NCBI GenBank assembly: GCA_963841385.1
Contig: CAWJCO010000004.1
Coordinates: forward strand, 129,714 to 193,713
DNA length: 64,000 nt
DNA from: an uncultured Chloroflexia bacterium
Lineage (GTDB): Bacteria > Chloroflexota > Dormibacteria > Aeolococcales > Aeolococcaceae
Reading direction: 5' to 3'
Position numbers and translations under genes: made by a program. The notes beneath the pieces were generated by a model that saw only the letters and a program-made list of their open reading frames with translations, was not told where the DNA came from and made no database searches. Below are positions 18,855 through 28,168 of the stretch, piece after piece (the stretch's first letter is position 1; every line of letters begins with the position of its first letter).

Positions 18855-19829
18855 ATGAGGAAGTGGGCACTCGGTATCGCCGTTGCGCTGTCGGGGGCTG
18901 CGCTGATAGCCCTGGCCAGCATCCCGGGTCTGTTCTCGGTCGCCCCCAAGTTCAATGACCTGACCTCCAACTTCAAGCCCGAGATGACGACGTCATCGCT
19001 CGCCGCGCTGCGCACGGATCTGAACGGGCTGGCAGCCGCCCAGACCCAGTTCACCACCCAGGCGGTGCCCGCCCTCGCCACCACGCTCGGCACCACGCCG
19101 GCCGGGCTGTCGGCGACGCTGGCGCAGAAGTTCCCGGCGACCGCGACCGGGCTGCAGTCGGTCCCGACCCTGACCGCCCAGTTCGACGGGGTGATCGCAA
19201 CCCTCAGCGCCGAGCAGGCCAACTTCGACCAGGCCGACTCCATCCCGACCGCTTCGATCGCTCCCACGGTCATCCCATGGGTGCTGGTCGTGGTCGGACT
19301 GGTACTGATCGTCTGCGCGGTGGTCGCTCGGCGGTGGTGGCGCGTCGGCGTCACCTTGGTCATCGGCGCCCTGCTGGTGGCGACGCCCCTCGTGCTATCC
19401 CTCCCCGGCAAGGCGACCGCGGCCGACACCATGAACGCGCAGATGGCACCACTGTTCACCGCCAAGACCGTGGCGGCCGCCGATCAGTCGCTCTCGACCG
19501 TGGAGGCCATGGGCTCCCAGATGCAGAGCGGGATGCTCCCGGCTCTCGCCGAGATGCTCAACATGCAGCCGGCGCAGTTCAACACCTACCTGGCCGCCAA
19601 CTTCCCGGCCCTCGGCTCCGCGCTGTCCACGCTGCCCACCTCGCTGGCGCGGTTCAAGGCGCTGGTGACCGCCTTCGACCGCAGCCTGACCGACTACAAC
19701 GACATCAAGACGACCCAGTTCACCCCGATCGTGCGGACCATCCTCGCCACCGGCGGGTTCCTTCTCCTGGTGGGTCTGCTGGGCGCCGGCGATCTGATCC
19801 GGCGCCGGCAGGCGGTGCCGGCGAGCTGA
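18855..19829 (+). CDS. Hypothetical membrane protein with internal duplication
   Basis: Signal/TM N-terminus (MRKWALGIAVALSGAALIAL), central TM helices, and two similar Q/A/T-rich halves. Confidence 0.55.
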   Translation: MRKWALGIAVALSGAALIALASIPGLFSVAPKFNDLTSNFKPEMTTSSLAALRTDLNGLAAAQTQFTTQAVPALATTLGTTPAGLSATLAQKFPATATGLQSVPTLTAQFDGVIATLSAEQANFDQADSIPTASIAPTVIPWVLVVVGLVLIVCAVVARRWWRVGVTLVIGALLVATPLVLSLPGKATAADTMNAQMAPLFTAKTVAAADQSLSTVEAMGSQMQSGMLPALAEMLNMQPAQFNTYLAANFPALGSALSTLPTSLARFKALVTAFDRSLTDYNDIKTTQFTPIVRTILATGGFLLLVGLLGAGDLIRRRQAVPAS

Positions 19830-20010
19830 GCGGCGAGGGGCTCCGCGCGCCTCGCGCCGTCCTGTCGCGTCGCCTGAGCCCGCCGAGTCTCCCCGGTGGG
19901 CTCTGCTCTGATGCCCCGGTGGCGCATCCCGGGCGGTCGCTACGGCGCTCTCCGACCTCACCCCAGATGGGGCGGTGAACGGGCAGGGGGCCGGGACCGG
20001 CGGCCGCGGG

Positions 20011-20808
20011 TCAGCGCGCCGGCTGGAAGCCGACCTCGGCCAGGGCCTGGTCGATGGGAACCGCGAAGGCGAGATGCAGCGGGCAGACCGCGCCGGGGGC
20101 GCAGGGCGTGTCATCCGACCCCGCCGCGATCATCCCGATGACCCGCCCGTCCGCGTTGACGAGAGCGCCCCCCGAGTTCCCCGTGAAGATCGGGGTGGCG
20201 GCCTCGATGATCCCGGCCAGGCTGACCGTGGTGGAGCCGACCCCGTAGCTGACCGTGCGGTCGAGCGCCAGCAGACGCCCGGCGGCGGCCCGGGGCGCGA
20301 TGTCCAGCCCCTGGGCGTTGCCGATGGCGACCACGGGGTCGCCCACCGCCGCGGACGACGACCTCTCCAACTCGGCGGGTCTCACCGCGCCACCGCCCTC
20401 GATCTGGAGCAGCGCCAGGTCGTCGCTGGGATCGTCGACCACGATGCTGGCGGGGCGCACCAGGCCGACCCCACCGATGCGCACCCCGATGAAGACATCA
20501 CCCCGGACCACGTGGTAGTCGGTGAGGATCAGACCGGTGGACGAGACGATGATGCCGGTCCCGAGGATCTGGGTTCCCGCCGGCTGGGCGAAGGTGATGG
20601 TGTCCACCACCGACAGCTCGACCTGCCGGCTCAGCGCCCCGACGCTCATCGCCGGCCCGGGCCACGATGGACCTCCGGCAGGGGCCGCGGCGACCATCCC
20701 GAGGGCGACCAGGAGCGGAAAGCAGCAGCGAGCGAGGGACCGCGGCAAGCCTCGACCTCCCCGCCGCGTCGAGACGCACGGAGCGGGCATCCCTGGTCCC
20801 CTAACCAA
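20011..20808 (-). CDS. Trypsin-like serine protease (S1C/HtrA-like, no PDZ domain)
   Basis: 'ILTDYHVV' (His), 'DDLALLQIE' (Asp) and 'GNSGGALVNADGRVIGM' (Ser) catalytic triad contexts. Signal peptide at the N-terminus. Confidence 0.75.
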   Translation of the reverse strand: MVRGPGMPAPCVSTRRGGRGLPRSLARCCFPLLVALGMVAAAPAGGPSWPGPAMSVGALSRQVELSVVDTITFAQPAGTQILGTGIIVSSTGLILTDYHVVRGDVFIGVRIGGVGLVRPASIVVDDPSDDLALLQIEGGGAVRPAELERSSSAAVGDPVVAIGNAQGLDIAPRAAAGRLLALDRTVSYGVGSTTVSLAGIIEAATPIFTGNSGGALVNADGRVIGMIAAGSDDTPCAPGAVCPLHLAFAVPIDQALAEVGFQPAR

Positions 20809-20850
20809 TTCTTAACGGCGTTAATGTTAGCCCATAACCTGCTCCAATTC
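20809..20850. promoter_or_regulatory. AT-rich island with inverted repeat TTAAC-N3-GTTAA in a divergent promoter region
   Basis: 'ccaattcttaacggcgttaatgttagcccataacc' stands out in a >70% GC background. It lies between the divergent genes 20011..20808(-) and 21158..21841(+). Confidence 0.3.
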
Positions 20851-21157
20851 CCGGAGTTGACGGGAGAGATCTGATCGGTCCGCTGCGGGCCCGGGCGGGC
20901 GGCGCACGACCTGGTCCACCCACCCTCGCCCGCCCAGCCTCGAACGGCGCATGATCTCGGCTGCTACCGTACCCGCAGGGGAGATCACATCCACCCGTGT
21001 TCGACGGGCGACCCACGGGGTCGTGACGGAATCTGGGAGACCGTTCCCGTGAGGACGGCGATGTCGCAGGATAGGGGCCGCCCTCGCGTGGGGGCGCCGA
21101 GCCGTCAGGGCTGGTGAGCGACCGTTCAGGACCGATGAGCCGAGACGCCAGGGACAC

Positions 21158-21841
21158 GTGAGAGGACAGGCACCCGCCCGCAAGAGGACGACGACGGTCC
21201 CGTACCAGATCGCCCTCCGCACCAGCCGGCCCGCCGAGGAGGTGCTCGCGCAGGTCGACGTGGATCAGGTCCCGGGCCTGGCGGTGGCGGAGCGCGGCGC
21301 CCACTACCTCGTGGTGCGCCCGAAGCGGCGGTTCCGGTACGGCGCTGACATCGCCGCGGGACTCGGGGTGGCCATCGTGCTCGTGCTGCTCATCCTCACC
21401 GCGGTCACGCCGGTCGTGCTGGTGGCACTCCCGGTGGCCTTCCTTCCGGCCATCCCCCTGCTCCTCGAGCATCGGCCCGATCTGGCCGTGAGCGCCATCG
21501 AGGACGACGGGGAGACCCGGGTCACCGCTCATGGGCAGGCGTCGCCGGAGCTCGTCGAGTACCTGGACCGCTACCTCGAGGCGCTGCCGGCGGTCAACGG
21601 ATCAGGGCCGCACGACGATGACAGCGAGGACGGCGCGGCCGCCGGTGAGGAGGACGACGTCACCGCCGAGGAGGGTGACGCGGATGCGGCGTACGGGTAT
21701 CAGGAGTACGAGGACGTGGCCCCGCCGCCTCTGAACCCGCCCCCGCCCCCGCCCGCGGCGGTCGAGCCACCGCTCTCGCCATCAGCCCTCCAGCCGCCGC
21801 CCCCCCCTCCCCCGCCGTGGGATCCGAGGGGGGTCGACTAG
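21158..21841 (+). CDS. Hypothetical membrane protein with acidic and poly-Pro C-terminal tail
   Basis: Two TM helices, D/E-rich segment, and PPPPPPPPWDP tail. Confidence 0.45.
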   Translation: MRGQAPARKRTTTVPYQIALRTSRPAEEVLAQVDVDQVPGLAVAERGAHYLVVRPKRRFRYGADIAAGLGVAIVLVLLILTAVTPVVLVALPVAFLPAIPLLLEHRPDLAVSAIEDDGETRVTAHGQASPELVEYLDRYLEALPAVNGSGPHDDDSEDGAAAGEEDDVTAEEGDADAAYGYQEYEDVAPPPLNPPPPPPAAVEPPLSPSALQPPPPPPPPWDPRGVD

Positions 21842-21923
21842 GAGCAGTCGAGGGCTCGCACAGACACCCCAACCCTCGAGCCGTCCGGCGGTAGCTAAGC
21901 CGGGAGCCGGCGCTGAGGCGGGC

Positions 21924-22568
21924 TCAGCGAACCACGCGGATGACCGCGGTCACCACTCCTTCGAGGGAGAGCTCGCCGCTCACGAAGATCGGCTCGTAGC
22001 TGGCGTTCTCCGGCTGAAGCCGCACCCGTCCGCCCTCCCGGAAGAAGCGCTTGACCGTCACCTCGCCCTCGCCGGTCGTCGAGTTCTCGATGCGGGCGAC
22101 CACGATCGTGCCGTTCGGTGGGGGGTCACGCCGGGGACGGACGACGACCAGGTCGCCGTCGAGGATCCCGGCGTCGATCATGCTGTCGCCGTGGACGGTG
22201 AGCGCGAAGGCCCCTTCCCCACCGGCCAGCTCCTGGCCCACGGTGATGTGGTCCTCGACGTTCTGGTCGGCGAGGACCGGCGTGCCGGCCGCCACCCGCC
22301 CGACCAGGGGGAGGGTGAGGACACGCGGAGCGCTGCGGCCGGCCGCCGGCTCGTGTCCGACAACCTCCACGGTGCGGGACTTGGTCGGGTCGCGCCGGAT
22401 GTAGCCCTTGGCCTCGAGGGAGTTCAGATGGTTCTGCACCGTCGAGGAGGAGCTGAGACCGACGGCAAGCCCGATCTCGCGGACGGTGGGAGGGTAGGCG
22501 TGGGTGCGCGCGTGCTCGCGGAGGAACTCGATGATCTGCCGCTGGCGCGGGTTGAGAGCGTCTGCCAT
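21924..22568 (-). CDS. lexA: LexA repressor (SOS regulator, S24 peptidase)
   Basis: 'LNPRQRQIIEFL…PTVREIG' wHTH. 'VAAG' cleavage site. 'HGDSMIDAGILDGDLVVV' (Ser) and '…VKRF' (Lys) of the S24 catalytic dyad. Confidence 0.9.
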   Translation of the reverse strand: MADALNPRQRQIIEFLREHARTHAYPPTVREIGLAVGLSSSSTVQNHLNSLEAKGYIRRDPTKSRTVEVVGHEPAAGRSAPRVLTLPLVGRVAAGTPVLADQNVEDHITVGQELAGGEGAFALTVHGDSMIDAGILDGDLVVVRPRRDPPPNGTIVVARIENSTTGEGEVTVKRFFREGGRVRLQPENASYEPIFVSGELSLEGVVTAVIRVVR

Positions 22569-22634
22569 GTCGTGTGTCTCACCTCTCAGCGTGTCGGGGC
22601 ACGGCCGACTGTAACACGGCCAGGACCAAAACGC

Positions 22635-22661
22635 AAACGGATGTTCCTGACGTATGTTCGG
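22635..22661. promoter_or_regulatory. Two overlapping Cheo-box-like SOS boxes upstream of lexA
   Basis: 'CAAACGGATGTTCC' and 'CTGACGTATGTTCG' against the consensus CGAACATATGTTCG. The right half-sites are perfect. Confidence 0.4.
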
Positions 22662-22696
22662 TCCCGGAGGGCGGGTGAGGCGCTGGCGGGGCGCGA

Positions 22697-23677
22697 TCAG
22701 GGGTGGCCGCCGGCCACCGCCAGCGCCTTGGTCACCATCTCGTCGAGGTCGTCGTCGCCCTCGCGGTACAACCAGACCGTGTCGCGATCGGCCCGGAACC
22801 AGGTGCGCTGCGTCTTGGCGTAGCGGAGCGTCCGGCGCACGATCGCGGCCGCGGCGGTGGCCTCCGACGCCCGGCCGGCGAGGACGTCGAACGCCTCGCG
22901 GTAGCCGATGCCGCAGCCGTCCAGGACCTCCGCCGCCACTCCGTCGCGGAGGGCGACCCTGGTCTCCTCGATCAGCCCGCCCCGGAGCATCGCCTGGGCC
23001 CGCTCGGTGATCCACCGTCGGTGGCGATCGGCGGCGACGTCGAGCCCGATCCGGACGCTCGGCCGGGTGGGCCCGCCCCGCCGCCGGGCGGAGAGGCGTC
23101 CGCGGGCCTGGACGATCTCGATGGCGCGAACCACCCGGCGGGGGTTGCGCAGGTCGATGCTCGCCGCTCCCTCCGGGTCATGGCGCTGGAGCTCCGCCGC
23201 CAGCGCGGCGAGACCCTCCGGGCTGGCGGCACGGGCGTTCAGCGCCGCGCGCCGCGCCGGGTCCGGGGCGCCTCCGTCCAGGTCCAGGCCGTCCAGCAGG
23301 GCGCGCACGTAGAGGCCGGTGCCCCCCACCACGATCGGCCGGACCCCGCGGCGGTCGAGGTCGGCAAGGCACACCAGGGCTGCGCTGAGCCAATCGGCCA
23401 CCGAGAACCCGGCTCCGGGATCGACGATCCCCAGCAGGTGGCAGGGCACACCCGCGAGCTCCTCTGCGACCGGGGCGTTGGTGCCCACCCGGAGGCCACG
23501 CAGCACCTGGCGCGAGTCGGCATTGACCAGCTCGGCGCGACCCAGCCGGAGGGCGAGCCGCACCGCGAGAGCCGTCTTCCCGGTGGCGGTGGGCCCCACC
23601 ACCGCGAGGACGGGGGACGGGCGGAGGGCTCCCCGTCCTGGCTCCGTGCCGACCAGCATCCGTGTAGCTTGCCGCAT
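22697..23677 (-). CDS. miaA: tRNA dimethylallyltransferase
   Basis: 'VVGPTATGKTALAV' P-loop and 'NADSRQVLRGLRVGTNAP'. Confidence 0.85.
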   Translation of the reverse strand: MRQATRMLVGTEPGRGALRPSPVLAVVGPTATGKTALAVRLALRLGRAELVNADSRQVLRGLRVGTNAPVAEELAGVPCHLLGIVDPGAGFSVADWLSAALVCLADLDRRGVRPIVVGGTGLYVRALLDGLDLDGGAPDPARRAALNARAASPEGLAALAAELQRHDPEGAASIDLRNPRRVVRAIEIVQARGRLSARRRGGPTRPSVRIGLDVAADRHRRWITERAQAMLRGGLIEETRVALRDGVAAEVLDGCGIGYREAFDVLAGRASEATAAAAIVRRTLRYAKTQRTWFRADRDTVWLYREGDDDLDEMVTKALAVAGGHP

Positions 23678-23823
23678 CGCGCGAGAGGGCCTGGGGGGCG
23701 CGGACCGGGCGGGGCGTGCTGGCCGTGGGACCCGATGCGCGAGGGCGGAGCAACCACCCGCGGGTGGCGGCGGGCCGCCGGGGCCTGTGCCCCGGCGACC
23801 CGCCCATCACCCTGGTCGCGGGG

Positions 23824-24498
23824 CTACACCCGTCCGAGGGTGGTCCCTGCCTGAGCCTCCATGGCGCTGGTGCTGGGCGGCGTCCCCCCGACCTCGAGGT
23901 CCGAGAACGCGACGAAGGTGGGTCCCTTGAGGAGGTAGATGGCGGTGCCCCCGATGGAGACGCCGGATATGGACACGCTGAAGGTCCCCACCGCAGCCAT
24001 GTCAGCACCCGAGACGTTGGAGACGTCGTTGATGTTGAAGTTGACGGTGACGCCGGCCGACTGTGCCGCCGCGAGCCCCTGTTGCAGGTCTGACTGCACC
24101 TGGCCCTCCTCCTGCGCCCAGTCGGCCTGGGCGGTGGAGGCGTCAGAGGCCACCGCGAGGATGACCTCGAAGACGTGGGTGGTCGCGCCACCGTAGACGC
24201 ACGTCTTGCCGCCACCGGAGGTGGTCCCCTCCACTCCAGCGGTGTACGTGGTGCCGGCGAGCGACGACGCCTCGGACGCGGTCACCAGCTGGCACGGGTC
24301 GAGGGAGGTGGCCACCGCGGTGGCCGAGGACGCGGGCGTCGCGGTGGCCGTCGGCGCCGGCGTGGCCGTCGGGACGGGGGTGGTGTTCGTGCTCGCGCTC
24401 GACGCGGGTTGGGTTGCCGGCGTCGAGGACGAGCCGCACGCCGGGAGCGCCAGCGCGCAGCCTCCGATGAGAAGGACGACGACTTTCGACAGGTTCAT
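23824..24498 (-). CDS. Putative secreted lipoprotein
   Basis: 'LLIGGCALALPACGSSS' lipobox, Thr/Ala/Pro-rich linker, and a globular C-terminal domain. Confidence 0.6.
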   Translation of the reverse strand: MNLSKVVVLLIGGCALALPACGSSSTPATQPASSASTNTTPVPTATPAPTATATPASSATAVATSLDPCQLVTASEASSLAGTTYTAGVEGTTSGGGKTCVYGGATTHVFEVILAVASDASTAQADWAQEEGQVQSDLQQGLAAAQSAGVTVNFNINDVSNVSGADMAAVGTFSVSISGVSIGGTAIYLLKGPTFVAFSDLEVGGTPPSTSAMEAQAGTTLGRV

Positions 24499-24744
24499 GG
24501 CTCTCTACTCCGATCGGTGTCGGGGGAGGAACGCTGCATGGGTACGGGGCCGTCGTCCGGGGTTGCGGCCTCCCTCAAGAAAGCGATCAGTCCGTTCGCC
24601 GCGGAGAAGGTGATCTGCCGGCCCGAGCCGAGATGTACCACCGTCCCCCTGACCCCCTCGGAGCGCTCGCCGTCGCCGGGTCTCCAGACCCGCACCATGA
24701 AGGTCTCCATGGCGAGGGAGGCTAGCCGGGGCGCTTCGGGCGGT

Positions 24745-27700
24745 CTAAGGCTTCCTGAAGGCGGAGCCACCGCCACCCGATCGGCCCGCGGCGGGTGCCT
24801 GCGGGCCCGGAAACGGAGCCGGCTCGACGCCCAGGTCGTCCATGGCGCGCCGGTAGTTGAGGTAGTGGCGGTGCGCCTCACCGTGGCGCCCCGCGCCCAC
24901 CAGCACGGTCACCAGGCCGAGGTGGGCCTGCTCGTCGTAACGGTCGATCTCCAGGATGCGCAGGAGATGCGGAACGGCGGCCTCCGGGTCGGTGGGCTTG
25001 GCGGCGCTGGTGGCGAGGGCCCTGCACACCGCCACGTAGGCGGCCCGGGCGTCCTCGCGGGCGGTGATCGTCCAGTCGTCGTAGGGGTTCTCCTCGAGGA
25101 AGTCGCCGCTGTAGGCGGCGGCGGCCGTCTCGAGGGCGGGGAGCGCCGCCACCAGGTCGCCCCGCCGGACGCTGGCCAGGCCCTCGGTGGCGGCTCCAAG
25201 GAACCGCTCCAGGTCTACGTCGATGGCCTCGAGGTTGAGCGCGACGGCGTCCTTGTCGGCGTGGAGGTGGCCCTCGGACGTGCTGCGCCGGGGATCGAGC
25301 ACGCTCCGGATCGTCGAGAGCGCCACCGAGAGGCGGTTGGCCACCTTCTCCGGGTCCTCCTCGGGCCAGAGCGTCTCCATCAGGTAGCCGCGGGACGCCG
25401 GACGGCCGCGACGGGCCACCAGCAGCTTGAGAAGCTCGCGCGCCCGCTTCGACTGCCACTCCGACAGCGGAACCGGCTCGCCGCCGCGGATGACCGCGAA
25501 GCGACCGAGGGACTCGATGCGCAGGGTGGCGGACTCCGTCCCGCCGACCAGTGCCAGCAACCCGGCCGCGACGCCGCCGGCGCCGTGGGCGTGCACCCCG
25601 AACTCCTCGAGGCGGTGCTCGGCAACCTGCCGTCGCGGGGACGTCCCCGACCCGGTCTCCAGGGCCGCGAGGGCCAGCGCCACCTTGGCCTCTCCCAGCG
25701 GGTTGCCGACGTCGTGCCAGATCGACGCCGCCTCGCGGAGATGCCGCGTCTCCCGTCCCGGCCTGGCCGCGCTCATCGCGGTGAGCGCGAGCGCGTCGGC
25801 GAGCCCGGCACGATCCCGGCGCGAGCGGGCCTCCGCGGCGGCGGCGGCGGCGAGCCGGGCGGCCTCCTTCCTCTCGCCGGTGACGGCGGCCACCCAACCG
25901 GCGGAGAGCAGCGCTGCCACGTGGTCCAGCCCGATGCCCGCGCCCACCGCTCGGCGGGCGATCTCGCTCGCCCGCTGCGGGTCGTCGCCCACCAGCACTG
26001 TGGCCAGGCCGGCGAGCGCGGGCACCAGCGCCTGCCTGTCGCCCGACCCCTCCGCGATGCTCACCGCCTCCTCGTACGCCGCCCTGGCCTGGACCAGGTT
26101 GCCGCGCTCCCGGTGGAGCTCGCCGATCAGGCTGAGGGGGTAGGCGACCATGTCGGAGGCGATCTGCTGGTAGCGGTCGCGTGACGCCTCGAGGTCCACC
26201 AGCGCCTCGTCCAGCCGGCCCATGCGCAGCCGGACCTCGCCGCGGTTGCAGAGGCTGAGAGCGTGGAAGTTGGCGAAGGAGGTGAGCTCGGCCAGCCTGA
26301 CCGCGACCTCCAGCTCCTGGAGGGCCTGCGGGTACGACGCCTCCTCGAGGAAGTGGGAGGCGCGGTTGGTCCGGATCCGGACCGTCTGGAGGATGTCGCC
26401 CGCCTCCTCGGCGGCCCGGAGCGCCAGCAGGTAATGGGCGTCGTTGGCGCGCCGGTCACCGTCGAGGGCCGCGAGCATCGAGATCACCGTGTGTGCGGCG
26501 GCCAGGGCCCTGCCGTCGCCGCAGGCCTCCGCCGCGACCAGCGCCCGGGCGGCCAGGTCCCGGCACGCCTCGACGTCACCCCGGAGCCAGTGGGCGGTCG
26601 CGGTCCAGGCGAGCAGCGACGCCATCTCCGCCGGGTCGGCACCCGGGTCCTCGAGGCCGCGGCGGTAGGCCGCGAGCGCGGTGTCGACGTGGCCGCGCAG
26701 GTAGTGGAGCAGTCCGATCCGCCGGGCCAGCGGTGCGGGCAGGGTCTCACGGCCACCGGCCGCGCGCTCGTAGCAGGCGAGCGCTCCCTTCCAGTCACCC
26801 TGGATCTGTCGAGCCTCCCCCTCGACCTGCTCGACGGCCGGGGTGCGGAGCGCGTCCGGGATGGCCCGGCAGGCCTCGAGGACGGTGGCGGTGTGTCCGG
26901 CGGCCAGCAGGGTCGCCCCCTCATCGCCGATCAGGCGGGCGAGCTGGTCGGGGGCGCCGGCGGCGAGCAGCATCCGGGCCGCGGTGGCGGCGTTGCCGGT
27001 GCGGGCCAGCCAGGCCGCGGCGCCGAGGCGCAGGCCGCGCGCGGTGGGAGCGGGCAGCGGCAGATGCCGGAGAGCGTAATCGCGGATCAGCGGGCGCAGG
27101 GCCAGGGATCCGTCCTGCCGCGTCTCCACGAAGAGGCTCTGGCCCGCCAGGTCGGCGACCACGGAACGCGCCTCCGCGATGCCGATGGCGTCGCAGAGCT
27201 CGGGGGTGAACTGGTCGAAGATGGCCAGCCGGGCGATCGCCTCGCGCATCGATGCCGCCTGGTGGGCGAACACCTCCTCCGCGAGGTAGGCGTAGAGCGG
27301 GGTGCGGGTGCGATCGAGACCGTCCAGCACCGCCGGCCAGCGCGTGCGCGGGGTCTCCCGCAGGGCTTCGACCGCCATGATCACGGCCGCGGGCCAGCCG
27401 CCGGCGAGCCGGTGCAGGCGCTCGGGCAGGTCGGGCAGGCCGGCTCCAAGCCGTTCGCGCACCAGCTCGGCCACCTCGTCGGTGGTGAAGGCGAGCTGCT
27501 CGCCACCGAGCTCGAGCAGCTGGCCCTGGCCGCGCAGCCTTTCGACCGGGAAGAGGGGGCGGCTGCGGCCCGCCAGCACGAGGTGGAGCCGGGGTGGCGC
27601 GTGGCGCCAGAAGGCCTCGATGAGGCGGGCGGAGGGGTTGGCCGAGCCCAGCTCGTCGACGTCGTCGATGATCAGGATCAGGTCGCCGTCGACGTGCGCG

Positions 27701-28071
27701 TGGACCACCTGGGCCAGCCGCGAGCCCAGGGCGTCCGCGTGAGCCGGCTGGTCCGTGTCCGGACCGGAGACCCCCCTGATGGCGCGGGCGAGCCCGCTGC
27801 GCAGCTCGGGGACGCGGAGTCTCAGGGCGTCAGCCAGCTGACGTGCCAGGGTCGCCAGGTCGCGGTCGGTGGCGTCGGCGGTGTACCAGGCACAGGGCGC
27901 GATCTCCCACCAGGACGAGAGGAGTGTCGACTTGCCGTATCCCGCCTCCGCGATCACGGTGGTGAGCCGCCGGCTGAGGACGTCGGCAACCCGCGCGGCC
28001 AGCGCGGGGCGCGCGAGGCTACCCACCGGTCGAGCCGGCGGCAGCATCTTGGCGACGGGGGTCTGCTCCAT
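24745..28071 (-). CDS. STAND-type regulator: N-terminal AAA+/NB-ARC ATPase, central TPR array, C-terminal OmpR-type wHTH plus BTAD (SARP) domain
   Basis: 1108 aa. Walker A 'AEAGYGKSTLL', Walker B 'LILIIDDVDE', long TPR region, and a C-terminus with 'LGRFAVIRGGEPVPLSEWQSKRARELLKLLV' and a BTAD block 'LLRILEIDRYDEQAHLGLVTVL'. Confidence 0.8.
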   Translation of the reverse strand: MEQTPVAKMLPPARPVGSLARPALAARVADVLSRRLTTVIAEAGYGKSTLLSSWWEIAPCAWYTADATDRDLATLARQLADALRLRVPELRSGLARAIRGVSGPDTDQPAHADALGSRLAQVVHAHVDGDLILIIDDVDELGSANPSARLIEAFWRHAPPRLHLVLAGRSRPLFPVERLRGQGQLLELGGEQLAFTTDEVAELVRERLGAGLPDLPERLHRLAGGWPAAVIMAVEALRETPRTRWPAVLDGLDRTRTPLYAYLAEEVFAHQAASMREAIARLAIFDQFTPELCDAIGIAEARSVVADLAGQSLFVETRQDGSLALRPLIRDYALRHLPLPAPTARGLRLGAAAWLARTGNAATAARMLLAAGAPDQLARLIGDEGATLLAAGHTATVLEACRAIPDALRTPAVEQVEGEARQIQGDWKGALACYERAAGGRETLPAPLARRIGLLHYLRGHVDTALAAYRRGLEDPGADPAEMASLLAWTATAHWLRGDVEACRDLAARALVAAEACGDGRALAAAHTVISMLAALDGDRRANDAHYLLALRAAEEAGDILQTVRIRTNRASHFLEEASYPQALQELEVAVRLAELTSFANFHALSLCNRGEVRLRMGRLDEALVDLEASRDRYQQIASDMVAYPLSLIGELHRERGNLVQARAAYEEAVSIAEGSGDRQALVPALAGLATVLVGDDPQRASEIARRAVGAGIGLDHVAALLSAGWVAAVTGERKEAARLAAAAAAEARSRRDRAGLADALALTAMSAARPGRETRHLREAASIWHDVGNPLGEAKVALALAALETGSGTSPRRQVAEHRLEEFGVHAHGAGGVAAGLLALVGGTESATLRIESLGRFAVIRGGEPVPLSEWQSKRARELLKLLVARRGRPASRGYLMETLWPEEDPEKVANRLSVALSTIRSVLDPRRSTSEGHLHADKDAVALNLEAIDVDLERFLGAATEGLASVRRGDLVAALPALETAAAAYSGDFLEENPYDDWTITAREDARAAYVAVCRALATSAAKPTDPEAAVPHLLRILEIDRYDEQAHLGLVTVLVGAGRHGEAHRHYLNYRRAMDDLGVEPAPFPGPQAPAAGRSGGGGSAFRKP

Positions 28072-28168
28072 CGAACCTCGCGCCGGGGCGTCGGCCTGCC
28101 CCCTCGAAGAGATAGCCTGGCACAGAAGTCACCAGAGCGGGCTGGCCGCGCGCGGCGCGACCGGCCGG

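Noticed and set aside
20827-21222. 131-aa minus-strand ORF in the divergent promoter region
   Set aside because: It overlaps the start of the 21158 gene and the AT-rich promoter island, and has no RBS or domain. It is likely non-coding.
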